Below, piece by piece: positions 53,192-63,048 of a stretch of 64,000 nucleotides of DNA (positions are counted from its first letter, which is position 1; the number at the start of each line of letters is the position of its first letter). The position numbers and the translations under genes were made by a program. A model generated the notes under the pieces. The model searched no databases. It was not told the DNA's origin and saw nothing but the letters and a program-made list of their open reading frames with translations. The DNA comes from Bacilli bacterium (lineage in GTDB: Bacteria; Bacillota_I; Bacilli_A; RFN20; CAG-826). The DNA lies in NCBI GenBank assembly GCA_024408085.1, contig JAKSVH010000006.1, forward strand, positions 4,740 through 68,739. Reading direction: 5' to 3'.

Positions 53192-53224
53192 AAAAACTCC
53201 AATGCAATCGCACTGGAGTTTTTT
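53192..53224. terminator. Bidirectional terminator
   Basis: CTCCAATGC-AATC-GCACTGGAG is flanked by an A-run and a T-run. Confidence 0.7.
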
Positions 53225-53237
53225 ATATTTTTAATTG

Positions 53238-54488
53238 TTATTTTCTCATTTTTGAGATGGCTGACATAATGCCTAATTTGCCATACTCATAGGTTAAACC
53301 ACCTTGCATATAAAGCGTAAATGGTTCAATAACAGGGGCATCTGCTGATAATTCAATTGTACTTCCTTGAGTGAAAGCACCTGATGCCATAACTTCATCA
53401 AATGGGTAACCCGGCATTGGTGCAGGCATAACGTGAACAAATGAATCAATAGGGGATGCACCTTGAATGCCTTGGGTGAATTTGACTAAGTTTTCTTTAG
53501 TTTTAAGTTCAACAGTTTGAATAATGTCGGTTCTAGGATCGTTCCATTTCGGCGAAACATTCTCAAATCCAAGTTTTTCTAACATGTAAGCTGCAAACAT
53601 TTGAGTTTTAACTGCATTCTTAACTGCAGATGGTGCCATAAATATACCTTTTAAGAATGAATTGATTTGGTTGAAGTTAGCACCTAGTTCTTTTGCAATA
53701 CCTGGAGCTGTTAAGCGTTCTGCTACTTCATTAATAAGGTTTTTATCGCCTGCTACGTATCCGCCTGTAGATGCGACACCGCCACCTAAATTCTTCATAA
53801 GTGATCCGACAACAACGTTAGCACCAACATGCCCCGGTTCCTTGGTTTCTACAAGTTCTCCATAGCAATTATCAACCATAATAATTACGTCTTTATTTAC
53901 GACTTTAATAGCTTTAATTACATTTTCAATTTGTTTGATAGTAAGTGATAGTCTTGAGGAATAACCGCGCGAACGTTGAATTTCAACTAACTTAACGTCA
54001 TTTTTTGCTAATCTTTGAACGATTTTTTCTGTATCAAAACCACTTTGAATTAAATCGATTTGTTCATAATGAACACCGTGCGCTTTAAGTGATTGATTTG
54101 AGTTGCCAATAATTCCGACCATTTCTTGAAGGGAATCATATGGTTTTCCAGAGATAGAAATCATAGTGTCTCCGTGTTTGAGTAAAGCGGTGAAGGTAAG
54201 ATAAAGTGCATTTGTTCCAGACATAATTTGTGGTCTAACAAGTGCGTCTTCTGTGCCTAAAACTGTTGCAAAAATTGCTTCAAGCTTGTCTCTGCCTGTA
54301 TCGTAGTTTCCATAACCATTAATATCAGCGAAATCAGTGTAGGAAACTTTGTTGTCAATAAATGCAGATAAAATTCTTTTAGAATTTTCTAATGCAGCTT
54401 CATCTGCATGTTTGAATTGCTTTTCTAAAACTTTTTCTGCTTGGTTTGCAAGATCAAGAATTTCTTTATCGATTTGTTCATTAATCAT
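53238..54488 (-). CDS. YnbB-like PLP-dependent enzyme (Met_gamma_lyase / aluminium-resistance family)
   Basis: Characteristic features are the N-terminus ...NSKRILSAFIDNKVSYTDFADINGYGNYDTGRDKLEAIFA, VRPQIMSGTNAL and GSLMKNLGGG. Confidence 0.75.
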   Translation of the reverse strand: MINEQIDKEILDLANQAEKVLEKQFKHADEAALENSKRILSAFIDNKVSYTDFADINGYGNYDTGRDKLEAIFATVLGTEDALVRPQIMSGTNALYLTFTALLKHGDTMISISGKPYDSLQEMVGIIGNSNQSLKAHGVHYEQIDLIQSGFDTEKIVQRLAKNDVKLVEIQRSRGYSSRLSLTIKQIENVIKAIKVVNKDVIIMVDNCYGELVETKEPGHVGANVVVGSLMKNLGGGVASTGGYVAGDKNLINEVAERLTAPGIAKELGANFNQINSFLKGIFMAPSAVKNAVKTQMFAAYMLEKLGFENVSPKWNDPRTDIIQTVELKTKENLVKFTQGIQGASPIDSFVHVMPAPMPGYPFDEVMASGAFTQGSTIELSADAPVIEPFTLYMQGGLTYEYGKLGIMSAISKMRK

Positions 54489-54623
54489 AGTAATTACCTC
54501 GATTCAGAATTATTATATCATTAAATTATTTGTTTTACAAATAATTTTACATATATTTTTATAATTAATTTTTATATTTCTAACTTGTTAGAGAATTATA
54601 GTAGTGATATAATCTATCGCGCT

Positions 54624-54697
54624 GGTTCCTTAGCCAAGTGGTAAGGCAATTGACTGCAACTCAATGAGCGTCGGTTCGACTCTGACAGGAACCTCCA
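54624..54697 (+). tRNA. tRNA-Cys (anticodon GCA)
   Basis: Acceptor is GGTTCCT...AGGAACC-T-CCA and the anticodon arm is ATTGA-CTGCAAC-TCAAT. Confidence 0.9.
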
Positions 54698-54767
54698 TTT
54701 GCTTAAAAAGCGCTTGATTATTAAATCAATAGTGATAAGATAATTGAGCGCTTAACTAGAAAGTAAT

Positions 54768-54844
54768 GCGCCTGTAGCTCAACTGGATAGAGTATCAGAC
54801 TACGAATCTGAGGGTTGGATGTTCGAGTCATCTCAGGCGCGCCA
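54768..54844 (+). tRNA. tRNA-Arg (anticodon ACG)
   Basis: Acceptor is GCGCCTG...CAGGCGC-G-CCA and the anticodon arm is TCAGA-CTACGAA-TCTGA. Confidence 0.9.
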
Positions 54845-54880
54845 ACTTCCTTGAGCTAACCAAGTAAAAAATAACAACCT

Positions 54881-54957
<77 letters not shown>

Positions 54958-54967
54958 TTGAAAAAAT

Positions 54968-54990
54968 AACGTCTTAGCGGACGTTTTTTT
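54968..54990 (+). terminator. Intrinsic terminator of the tRNA cluster
   Basis: AACGTC-TTAGCG-GACGTT is followed by TTTTTT. Confidence 0.7.
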
Positions 54991-54993
54991 CAT

Positions 54994-55027
54994 GTTCGGG
55001 GTGATTGGATTCCTGCGACTTTTGTTA
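54994..55027 (-). pseudogene. Inverted degenerate copy of the 3-prime half of tRNA-Pro
   Basis: GTTCGGGGTGATTGGATTCCTGCGACTTTTGTTA aligns with the reverse complement of tRNA-Pro (GGTCGGGGTGACAGGATTTGAACCTGCGACCTTTTGTTC). It has a 4-nt T-loop deletion and a few substitutions. Confidence 0.6.
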
Positions 55028-55144
55028 CTTTTAGCCCTAAATTCTATTTCCATGCAAAAAAACAAGTCACAAAGTGACTTAAAAAAACTTTCAGCGGATT
55101 TGCCAAATTGCACTGCATATTGTATATGAAAGGAGGTATTCTCT

Positions 55145-55897
55145 ATGCCTCAAAATTTAGGTGCTCAAGTTGAGCTTAACTTTGTGTACGAAATACACGA
55201 TCACAAATTTAAAGATTTAAGTCGCAATTTACAGTATTTCGTGCGATACATCTTTCCTCATGTCAAAGATGAGGATCGTCTTCAATGCTTTAAAACTGAA
55301 GACTACATTAAACCAGATATTTGTATTCAATGGACCGACAAAATGGCCTTTGTTTCAATTAAGTCTGGAGTTTCCGATACCATTCATGGTGAATCGCTAG
55401 TTTCATTTAATAACTTTTTAAGGACTCTTGGAGTAGAAGAAAGAGTTATTAAGACAATTTTGTTATTTGCGTATGGCGATGGTACAACCGATGGTTCTGG
55501 TACAAAACGTAAAAACGGAATGGAAATTCGTTATGAATTAAAAGACGAGATCGAATACTTGAATCTAAGGCTTAACGAAAGCAAAGAATTAGTTAAAGCA
55601 GTAGTGAATCGTCTTTTGTTCGAAGGTGTCGATCCTTTCGCATACAAAGCTCAGTATATTTACCATGGCAATACGGAATACGGTGATTTCATTTCAAAAA
55701 ATCAAGTATTAAAACATATTGATCGTAAAAACTGGGATTTTATGGATTGCCCGCATATCGGGCCTATTGTGTTTAGACCACATGCTAGATATTCAGGTAA
55801 AGAAATTCTTAATGAAAAATTTAGAAATGAATTAAAATTCACATGGCCAAACCTATTGTCAGATATTCGCTACATTTCTAAACGCTACAATTTCTAA
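55145..55897 (+). CDS. Hypothetical protein, possibly PD-(D/E)xK nuclease / restriction-endonuclease-like
   Basis: GGAGG RBS is present. YIKPDICIQW....AFVSIKSG could be a PD...(S/E)xK core. No methyltransferase lies nearby, and the assignment is weak. Confidence 0.3.
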   Translation: MPQNLGAQVELNFVYEIHDHKFKDLSRNLQYFVRYIFPHVKDEDRLQCFKTEDYIKPDICIQWTDKMAFVSIKSGVSDTIHGESLVSFNNFLRTLGVEERVIKTILLFAYGDGTTDGSGTKRKNGMEIRYELKDEIEYLNLRLNESKELVKAVVNRLLFEGVDPFAYKAQYIYHGNTEYGDFISKNQVLKHIDRKNWDFMDCPHIGPIVFRPHARYSGKEILNEKFRNELKFTWPNLLSDIRYISKRYNF

Positions 55898-55971
55898 TTT
55901 CAATTCACTTCTATAAAACAAGCAAGACCAAGTCTTGCCTTTTCTCGTTAACTTCAACTTAATTGATTCAT

Positions 55972-58086
55972 ATGAAATGGAATCATTCAAAAGTTAACGA
56001 GCTGCTTTTTTCCTTCTTAGAAGAAAAAACATTTTACAAACAATATTATAAATATTATCCTTATAGCATACGCGAATTGAAAGATACCCCTAAAAAGGTA
56101 TTATTAGGAGTGAGTATGTATCCAGAATATGAAAAGATAAATAATCTATTCAATAGATGTGATGAATTAGATAAAACAAACAAAGAATTTAAAGACATTT
56201 TCGAGTTTGCTTTTTCTTTTAGAAAAAATAACGTTGCAGCATACTTTTTCGATGCCAAGAAAAAGCTTTGCAAAATGAAATACAAAGATGTTGAAGCAGA
56301 AATCTATAGAGTTGCTCCAAAAATTGCAAAACTTATTAATGGCAAAAAAGATGATCTTGTAGTACTTAAAATTGCCAACTCAGTTTATTGGATTGAATAC
56401 TTTTATGCTACATTAATGGCAGGTTATCGCGTTTTATTACTCGATGCAAAGGCCAGCAAAGATGCAACTGATAACATCATTAAACAAACCGGTGCAGTTG
56501 GTATTGTTTGTAATGAAGACGTTGATTATCCAGTAGCAAAAGCCACAACAAGATCCATTAATGGTATGGAAGATATTGAAGGTTTTACACCAAATTGGGC
56601 TAACGAAGTTACATTCTGTTCAAGCGGAACTACTGGACAAGCTAAATTAGCAGTTTATACAGGCGAAAATATGGTCAACCAAATTAAGGCTTGTAAAGGT
56701 ATGCCACTTCAAACCAAAACAATCATGTACACACATGACATGGGCGTTGTAAATATTCTTTCAATGATTCCATTCCATCACGTTTTTGGTTTCGTTGCAG
56801 TTTTCTTATGGTATTCAAGCTGGGGTAGTGCAATGGTCTTTCCAAGCTCATTAGCCCCATCAGATATCAAATTAATCTGTCAAAAAGTAGGAGTAACCCA
56901 CGTCTATAGCGTGCCATTATTCTGGAACTCACTTACAAAGGAACTAGAAAGAAAAGTTTCAACTCAACCTGCAGATAAACAATTAATGATTAAAGCATTG
57001 ATTGATGTCAATTTAGGTAAGCCAGATGCTAAATGCAAGCACAAAAAGACAGTTGAGAAAGTAGTTAAAAAGAGCATATTAGGAAATAAAGTTAAATTCT
57101 GTATTTCTGGTGGTGGATTCCTTCCTCAACGTACATTAGAAGTAATAAACGGTATTGGTTATCCTTTATATAACGGCTATGGCATGACCGAAGTTGGTGT
57201 TACATCAGTTGAATTATCCGCTGATGTTAAAGATCGTCTTAAATCATCAATTGGTATGCCACTTAACCAAGTCGAATACAAGATTGATAATCCAGACTCA
57301 TTTGGGGAGGGTGAATTGCTCATTAAATCACCATATACCCATGTTAGAGAAATAATAGGCGGGGTCCAAAAGCCTGCTACGCTTGATAAAGATGGCTACT
57401 TCCATACAGGTGATATTGTTAGAAAAGATGAAGATAATCGTTTCTATATTAAAGGTAGAATTAAAGATGTAATTATTAACGCAAATGGCGAAAACATCTA
57501 TCCTGATGAACTTGAATTACATTTTAAAGGCTTAAATCACGTTAATAATTATTCTGTCTTAGGCGTTAAAAAGAATGAAAACGAACAAAGTATCGTTATT
57601 GTCCTTGAAGTTGATAACTGTGTCAATAATGAAGAAGCTGATCAACTCGTCGAAAAGATTAAAACAACTGAGCTTCCAGGTGGCGCAAGAATTGATGATG
57701 TTTACTTTGCAAAAGGTAAGCTTCCAGTTAGTAGCAGTTTAAAGGTAAAACGCTTTGAAATTAAAGATGCAATTGAACGTAAAACAAATCTATACTTCAA
57801 AGTTGATAATCTTGAAGCTGAAGAAGAAGTAGTGTTTGATCAAAAAACAATTGACGAAATTGTTAATCCATTAAGAAAAATATTTGCAAGAGTCTTAAGC
57901 TTATCTGAGTTTAAAATTCACAATAACGATCACTTTATTAATGACTTAGGTGGTGACTCATTGTTGTTCGTTGAGCTCTGCCAAGAAGTTGCAATTAAGT
58001 TTAACCTTGATATTCCAACTGAAGATTACATTAAACTCACATCAATTAACGACTTCACAAAAGAAATTGTTAAGATTAAAAAGTAA
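55972..58086 (+). CDS. AMP-dependent synthetase/ligase (adenylation domain) fused to a C-terminal phosphopantetheine carrier domain
   Basis: Adenylation motifs are FCSSGTTGQAKLAV, GYGMTE and YFHTGDIVRKDEDNRFYIKGRIKDVI, plus a terminal K (LKVKRF). The carrier motif is DLGGDSLLFVEL. The start is uncertain: ATG 55972 lacks a clear RBS, and an alternative ATG 56116 has an AGGAG RBS. Confidence 0.75.
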   Translation: MKWNHSKVNELLFSFLEEKTFYKQYYKYYPYSIRELKDTPKKVLLGVSMYPEYEKINNLFNRCDELDKTNKEFKDIFEFAFSFRKNNVAAYFFDAKKKLCKMKYKDVEAEIYRVAPKIAKLINGKKDDLVVLKIANSVYWIEYFYATLMAGYRVLLLDAKASKDATDNIIKQTGAVGIVCNEDVDYPVAKATTRSINGMEDIEGFTPNWANEVTFCSSGTTGQAKLAVYTGENMVNQIKACKGMPLQTKTIMYTHDMGVVNILSMIPFHHVFGFVAVFLWYSSWGSAMVFPSSLAPSDIKLICQKVGVTHVYSVPLFWNSLTKELERKVSTQPADKQLMIKALIDVNLGKPDAKCKHKKTVEKVVKKSILGNKVKFCISGGGFLPQRTLEVINGIGYPLYNGYGMTEVGVTSVELSADVKDRLKSSIGMPLNQVEYKIDNPDSFGEGELLIKSPYTHVREIIGGVQKPATLDKDGYFHTGDIVRKDEDNRFYIKGRIKDVIINANGENIYPDELELHFKGLNHVNNYSVLGVKKNENEQSIVIVLEVDNCVNNEEADQLVEKIKTTELPGGARIDDVYFAKGKLPVSSSLKVKRFEIKDAIERKTNLYFKVDNLEAEEEVVFDQKTIDEIVNPLRKIFARVLSLSEFKIHNNDHFINDLGGDSLLFVELCQEVAIKFNLDIPTEDYIKLTSINDFTKEIVKIKK

Positions 58087-58202
58087 ATCAAATAGGAAAA
58101 TGCTTATTTTATTAAAAATAGGCGTTTTTTTATTATGAATTTTTAAATATTTTGCTTATATATTTTAAATGTGATAACATTTCGGCGTATAAGGAGACTA
58201 AT

Positions 58203-59057
58203 ATGAGCAAATACATCGTATTATTCAATGGAAAAGCCGATAATGGCACAGGATTAGAAAATGCTAAAAAGTTGCAAGACATGCTCAAGGACGATGAACT
58301 TGAATATGTTGATTTAGTCGGCAAAGATGATTTCGCAGCTTTAGTTAAAGGCTACGCAAAAGATCAAAAATTTATTCTCTCTGGTGGTGATGGAACAATT
58401 AACTACTTCATTAACCACATTGATGAAAAGGATATTCCAGAAAGTTTCTATTATTATCCAGCAGGTACAGGTAACGACTTTTACCACGATATCTCTGAAA
58501 GAGAAAATAGCAATGGCATTATCCAAATTAATAAATATTTAAAGAACCTTCCAGTTTGTGAAGTTAATGGCAAAACCTACAAGTTCTTAGACAATGTTGG
58601 TTATGGTATTGATGGTTACTGCTGTGAAGCTGCAGACATTTTAAAGGCAAAGAAGCCAAATAAACCAATTAACTACACAGGTATTGCTATTAAAGGTTTA
58701 CTTTTCCACTTCTCAAACAAGACTGCAAAAGTCACAGTTGATGGAAAAGAATATAACTTCAAACACGTCTGGCTTGCACCAGTCATGAAAGGCAAATACT
58801 ATGGTGGTGGTATGATTCCATGTCCAGCACAAGACAGAAATAGCGATACACTTTCAGTATTAGTCTGGCATCAAAGAGGTCGCTTAGGAACATTAATTAA
58901 CTTCCCAAATATCTTTAAGGGTGCACACCTAAAGAACAAAAAACACTGTGAAGTGCTCACAGGTAAACACATTGTTGTTGAATTCACAAAGCCATGTGCT
59001 GCACAAGTAGATGGTGAAACTGAATTAAACGTTTCAAAAATTGAATGTAAAGCTTAA
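58203..59057 (+). CDS. Diacylglycerol-kinase-like (DAGK_cat) lipid kinase family protein
   Basis: The AAGGAG RBS precedes ATG 58203. Motifs are ILSGGDGTINYF and PAGTGNDF. Confidence 0.7.
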   Translation: MSKYIVLFNGKADNGTGLENAKKLQDMLKDDELEYVDLVGKDDFAALVKGYAKDQKFILSGGDGTINYFINHIDEKDIPESFYYYPAGTGNDFYHDISERENSNGIIQINKYLKNLPVCEVNGKTYKFLDNVGYGIDGYCCEAADILKAKKPNKPINYTGIAIKGLLFHFSNKTAKVTVDGKEYNFKHVWLAPVMKGKYYGGGMIPCPAQDRNSDTLSVLVWHQRGRLGTLINFPNIFKGAHLKNKKHCEVLTGKHIVVEFTKPCAAQVDGETELNVSKIECKA

Positions 59058-59863
59058 TGAACAAAAACAGAAGAATACACTATCGACACGTTCACGCATT
59101 ACGAGATCTATCGACTTGTTTTAACTTTGCTGGTGTCAAAATTAAAAAAGGCGTCTTCTATAGAAGCGGCTATTTAGGCAAGCTTTCTGCACTTCAAGCA
59201 AAAGAGTTTGTTGAAAATTTTAATATTGGCTACGTTATTGATCTTAGAACAACAGCAGAGAAAGAAAATGCCCCTGATATGTATTCTGACTTAGTTCAGT
59301 ATTATCACATTCCAGTTTTAAATGAATTTGATAATCCACTCATCACTAAGAAAAATAGAACCGGCATCTTACTTGATATCACTAAAAACAAAGGTGGTGC
59401 AGTTAAGTATCTAGAAAGAGTTTACCGCAAAATGGTTAGCGATGAACAATGCTTAGCGCAGTTTAAAAAGATATTTGATTTAATCATTAACAAAAAAGAT
59501 GATAAGGCTATTGTTTTCCATTGTACTCAAGGAAAAGATAGAACCGGTGTTTTAGCCGCCTTAATCCTTTATGCCTTAGGTGTTGACAAAAAGAGTATTT
59601 ATACTGACTACAAACGCTTTAACAACGCATACAGGTTTAAAAACTTCTTAATTTCATTGGTAGTTGCTATTAGATTTATGTCTTTTAGAGTTTCAAAAGA
59701 TCTCTATTATTTACAAATGGCCCACAAGAAACTAATTATTGCAACATTTGATGAAATCAAATCGAATTATATAGATCGTTATGATTTCTTTAAGAAAGCA
59801 TTGGACATTAGTGGTGATGACATTAACCAAATGCGTAGAATGTATTACGTAAAGGAGCAATAG
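59057..59863 (+). CDS. Protein-tyrosine-phosphatase-fold (Y_phosphatase3) phosphatase
   Basis: The CX5R active site is HCTQGKDRTG. It has a TAATG overlap with the upstream gene. Confidence 0.7.
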   Translation: MNKNRRIHYRHVHALRDLSTCFNFAGVKIKKGVFYRSGYLGKLSALQAKEFVENFNIGYVIDLRTTAEKENAPDMYSDLVQYYHIPVLNEFDNPLITKKNRTGILLDITKNKGGAVKYLERVYRKMVSDEQCLAQFKKIFDLIINKKDDKAIVFHCTQGKDRTGVLAALILYALGVDKKSIYTDYKRFNNAYRFKNFLISLVVAIRFMSFRVSKDLYYLQMAHKKLIIATFDEIKSNYIDRYDFFKKALDISGDDINQMRRMYYVKEQ

Positions 59864-59864
59864 T

Positions 59865-60719
59865 ATGGTAAAAATTGTTTTGTTACTTCTATCATTCGGA
59901 TTATCTACTATGACAACTTTGCTTCTTCATTTCAATGAAGCGTGGAAGATTGCAATAGGTATTATTGGCTTTGGTTTAGCATTCATGGTTGCTATTGTTT
60001 TCTTGTATTTTATGTTTGCTGTTATTGCAACAATTACAGTAAGCAGAAAGAAAGCACCAGTTAAATATGGTCCAGGCTATCGTAAATTATTTAATTTAGA
60101 CTCACTTATTTTATTATCACTTTTTGGTGTTAGATTAACTGTTAACGGTTTAGATAAGATTCCAAATGATGATAACTTTGTTTTATTTCAAAATCACTTA
60201 AGTAATGTTGATCCAATTTACACAAATTATGTGCTAAGAAAATATCCGTTAATCTTCGTTTCAAAAGCCTCGTTGTTCAAGATTCCTTTCTTTGGAAAAA
60301 CAATACAAGGCATAGGCTATATCAAATTATTGCGTGATTCCAGCATGAACGATGCTAGTGAATTAATCCGTGCTGTTAGATGGGTTAGAGCAGGAGAGTG
60401 CTCGCTGGCAGTTTACCCTGAAGGAACAAGAAACAAGAATTATCCAAATCCAGTTTTACTTGATTACAAAGAACCAATTCTCGGTATTGCAAAAAAAGCT
60501 GAAAAACCTATTGTTATTAGCGCGATTCACGGAACTGATAAAATCAATCATAAACTTTTGTTTAAAGTTCATGAAATTCAAATCGATTTTCTTGCAGTAA
60601 TTAAACCTGAAGAGTACAAGGATTTGACTCAAGAAGAGCTATCTGAAAAAGTTAGAAAAATCATGCTTGATGGCATTGAACATCCATTAGATAAGAAAGA
60701 AAAAGTTCGATTATACTAA
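59865..60719 (+). CDS. 1-acyl-sn-glycerol-3-phosphate acyltransferase family (PlsC-like)
   Basis: There are two N-terminal TM segments. The HX4D motif is NHLSNVDP and YPEGTR is present. Confidence 0.8.
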   Translation: MVKIVLLLLSFGLSTMTTLLLHFNEAWKIAIGIIGFGLAFMVAIVFLYFMFAVIATITVSRKKAPVKYGPGYRKLFNLDSLILLSLFGVRLTVNGLDKIPNDDNFVLFQNHLSNVDPIYTNYVLRKYPLIFVSKASLFKIPFFGKTIQGIGYIKLLRDSSMNDASELIRAVRWVRAGECSLAVYPEGTRNKNYPNPVLLDYKEPILGIAKKAEKPIVISAIHGTDKINHKLLFKVHEIQIDFLAVIKPEEYKDLTQEELSEKVRKIMLDGIEHPLDKKEKVRLY

Positions 60720-60730
60720 GACGAATTAGA

Positions 60731-60757
60731 AAAAGGCATCCAAAGGTTGCCTTTTTT
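60731..60757 (+). terminator. Intrinsic terminator
   Basis: AAAAGGCA-(9 nt)-TGCCTTTT is followed by TTATT. Confidence 0.6.
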
Positions 60758-60805
60758 ATTTGCCTATGTAGTGTAGGTGTAGTAAAATAAATACGGTGAA
60801 AATCT

Positions 60806-62110
60806 ATGATTGATTACGATTTAGCTCTGTGGATCGTTGGTTCAGTTTCAACCTTCATGGTTCTCTTTACAATTTTGTTGTCATTGTATTACTTGACATA
60901 CTTTTTTACTGCAAGAAGAAAAGTTGCACCAGTTCCAGCAAGCGAAAATTACACAAAGTTCGGGGTAATTATTGCTGCACGTAACGAAAGTAAAGTCATT
61001 AGAAATATTTTTATTGCTCTTAAAAACCAAACTTATCCAAAAGAGCATTACGATGTATGGATTGTTGTTGAATCGTTCGACGATCCATCCATTAAAATTG
61101 CGGAAGAATTTGGATACAAGTGGTTTGTACGTGATAGATTAACCGACGAAAGAAGAACCAAAGGCTTTGCTTTACAAGAAATTATTGATTACTTCCAACG
61201 TGAAAACATCATTTATGATGCTTATATGATTTTTGATGCCGATAACGTTATGGAGCCAAACTTCATTGAACTCATGAATAATTTAAGACAAACAGGGGTT
61301 AAAGTTGGTTCTGGTTATCGTAATTTTACCAACGTCAACGTTAACTGGTTAACTTCAACAAGCGCCGTTATGTTTGCTTACATGAATCAAGTTACTTCTA
61401 AAGGAAGATCTTACTTATTCCACAAAGCAACATTAATGGGTACTGGTTATTATGTTGATAAGTCAATTATTGACGATGCAGGTGGTTGGATTTTTACAGG
61501 AATGACTGAAGATATTCAACTCACTTCTTATTGTTATTACCACGACGTTAATATGCGTTACTATCCTGACGCTGTTTTCTATGATGAACAATCACCAAAG
61601 ATGAAACAAGTTCATGATCAACACGTTAGATGGCTTGCCGGATTCTTTGCATCTAGACGCTACCTTAAAAAGTGTGGTGTATTCTATGAATACCATAAAG
61701 GCCCAAAGAAAGCTTTAATGCGTTCTGAATTTAAGGTGGGTATTCTTCCATTCATCATTTATAACATCATTAATGCTTTACTTTTCTTAACATCACTTGG
61801 CTTAGCATTAGGTGCTACATTTACAAGAAAAGAAGTGGACATGATTTGGAGATGCTGGGGCATCACGATTTATGAGTTCTTGTGTTTATATTTACCATTT
61901 GTTGTTGCATCTTTATATATCATTATTTCTGAACGTAAAAAACTACATATGAAGCCACATATAGCAATTGTTTGTACTGCAACATACTTCATTTTCTTCT
62001 ATGATTTCCTAGTTGCATTCCTTGATTTAGGTTTCCATAAATCTAAACGTCATAAGTGGGTTCAAATTGAGCACACTGGTAAAACAGAAAAGGAAAAGAA
62101 AAATGAATAA
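60806..62110 (+). CDS. Membrane-embedded family-2 glycosyltransferase with processive-type Q-x-x-R-W motif
   Basis: Motifs are FGVIIAARNES, the DxD-type MIFDADN, TEDIQLT and QHVRW (Q..RW). An N-terminal TM segment and several C-terminal TM segments are present. Confidence 0.75.
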   Translation: MIDYDLALWIVGSVSTFMVLFTILLSLYYLTYFFTARRKVAPVPASENYTKFGVIIAARNESKVIRNIFIALKNQTYPKEHYDVWIVVESFDDPSIKIAEEFGYKWFVRDRLTDERRTKGFALQEIIDYFQRENIIYDAYMIFDADNVMEPNFIELMNNLRQTGVKVGSGYRNFTNVNVNWLTSTSAVMFAYMNQVTSKGRSYLFHKATLMGTGYYVDKSIIDDAGGWIFTGMTEDIQLTSYCYYHDVNMRYYPDAVFYDEQSPKMKQVHDQHVRWLAGFFASRRYLKKCGVFYEYHKGPKKALMRSEFKVGILPFIIYNIINALLFLTSLGLALGATFTRKEVDMIWRCWGITIYEFLCLYLPFVVASLYIIISERKKLHMKPHIAIVCTATYFIFFYDFLVAFLDLGFHKSKRHKWVQIEHTGKTEKEKKNE

Positions 62111-62897
62111 GGATTGGAAAAAGACTCGCACCATTTATTGGCATGATGAACTTCACGATGATTTTGATCAAATCCTTTCAAAACGTCCACCTTTAACACC
62201 AGGTTACAAATTCATACGTTCTAAAGCTTGTAACTTCTTCGGTAATATTTTATATTACGGAATTGCACTTCCTGTGCTCGCAATCATTTCATATTTAAGT
62301 GGAATGAAGGTAAAGGGAAGAAAGAATTTAAAGGCAATTAAGAAGACTGGTGCTTTTATTTATTCAAACCATGTTTCGGTTCCAGATGTCTATAAAATGG
62401 CATCTCCTGTTTGCTATGGAAAAAGAGTAAACATCCTAGGCTATACCGATTCTTTGTCGGTTCCAGTGCTTAGAACAGTAGTTAAACAATTGGGCTTTTT
62501 GCCACTTCCATTAGGACCAGATCTTGAAAATAAAGCAGCATTAGTGGAAGCTATGCGCTATTACATTCACAAAAAACATCAAATTGTTGTTATTTATCCA
62601 GAAGCTCACATCTGGCCTTACTACACCAAAATTCGTAACTTCAAAGTTCAAACCATGAAGTACCCAGCCATTATAAATGCTCCAGTACTTCCTGTTGTAA
62701 CTGTTTGGAGAAAAGTGTGGTGGTCTAAAAAGCCAAAACAAACAGTTAAAATTGGCAGCGTAATCATGCCAAATCCAGAGTTAAATCAAGAGGACAATAT
62801 TAACTACCTTTACGAAGAATGTCTCTCACAAATGAGAGCACTCTCTGAATGTGAAAAACAATACGAATACATTAAATACATTAAGGTTGAAAAATAA
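62103..62897 (+). CDS. Lysophospholipid acyltransferase family protein (PlsC-like, second copy)
   Basis: The start was chosen at MNKDWKK, which overlaps the GT2 stop by 8 nt. The HX4D motif is NHVSVPDV and YPEAHIW (PE-type motif) is present. Confidence 0.65.
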   Translation: MNKDWKKTRTIYWHDELHDDFDQILSKRPPLTPGYKFIRSKACNFFGNILYYGIALPVLAIISYLSGMKVKGRKNLKAIKKTGAFIYSNHVSVPDVYKMASPVCYGKRVNILGYTDSLSVPVLRTVVKQLGFLPLPLGPDLENKAALVEAMRYYIHKKHQIVVIYPEAHIWPYYTKIRNFKVQTMKYPAIINAPVLPVVTVWRKVWWSKKPKQTVKIGSVIMPNPELNQEDNINYLYEECLSQMRALSECEKQYEYIKYIKVEK

Positions 62898-63048
62898 TTA
62901 ATAAATTACTTTTCTTCACAAAATAATCGAAAAGAGGAAACTATGTTTCCTTTTCTTTTCATTTAAAAATATGTATTTTAATCTATTAAGTATTAATATA
63001 TACTTATTTCGATTATAGGCATTTTTAAAAAATAAGTCAGGATTTACT

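Noticed and set aside
55145-62897. Interpreting the region after the tRNA cluster as an integrated mobile element (ICE, prophage or genomic island).
   Set aside because: There is no integrase, recombinase, relaxase or phage gene in the region. No direct repeat of a tRNA 3-prime end lies at the far boundary. A spot GC count (57121-57180: 20/60) is similar to the housekeeping regions.
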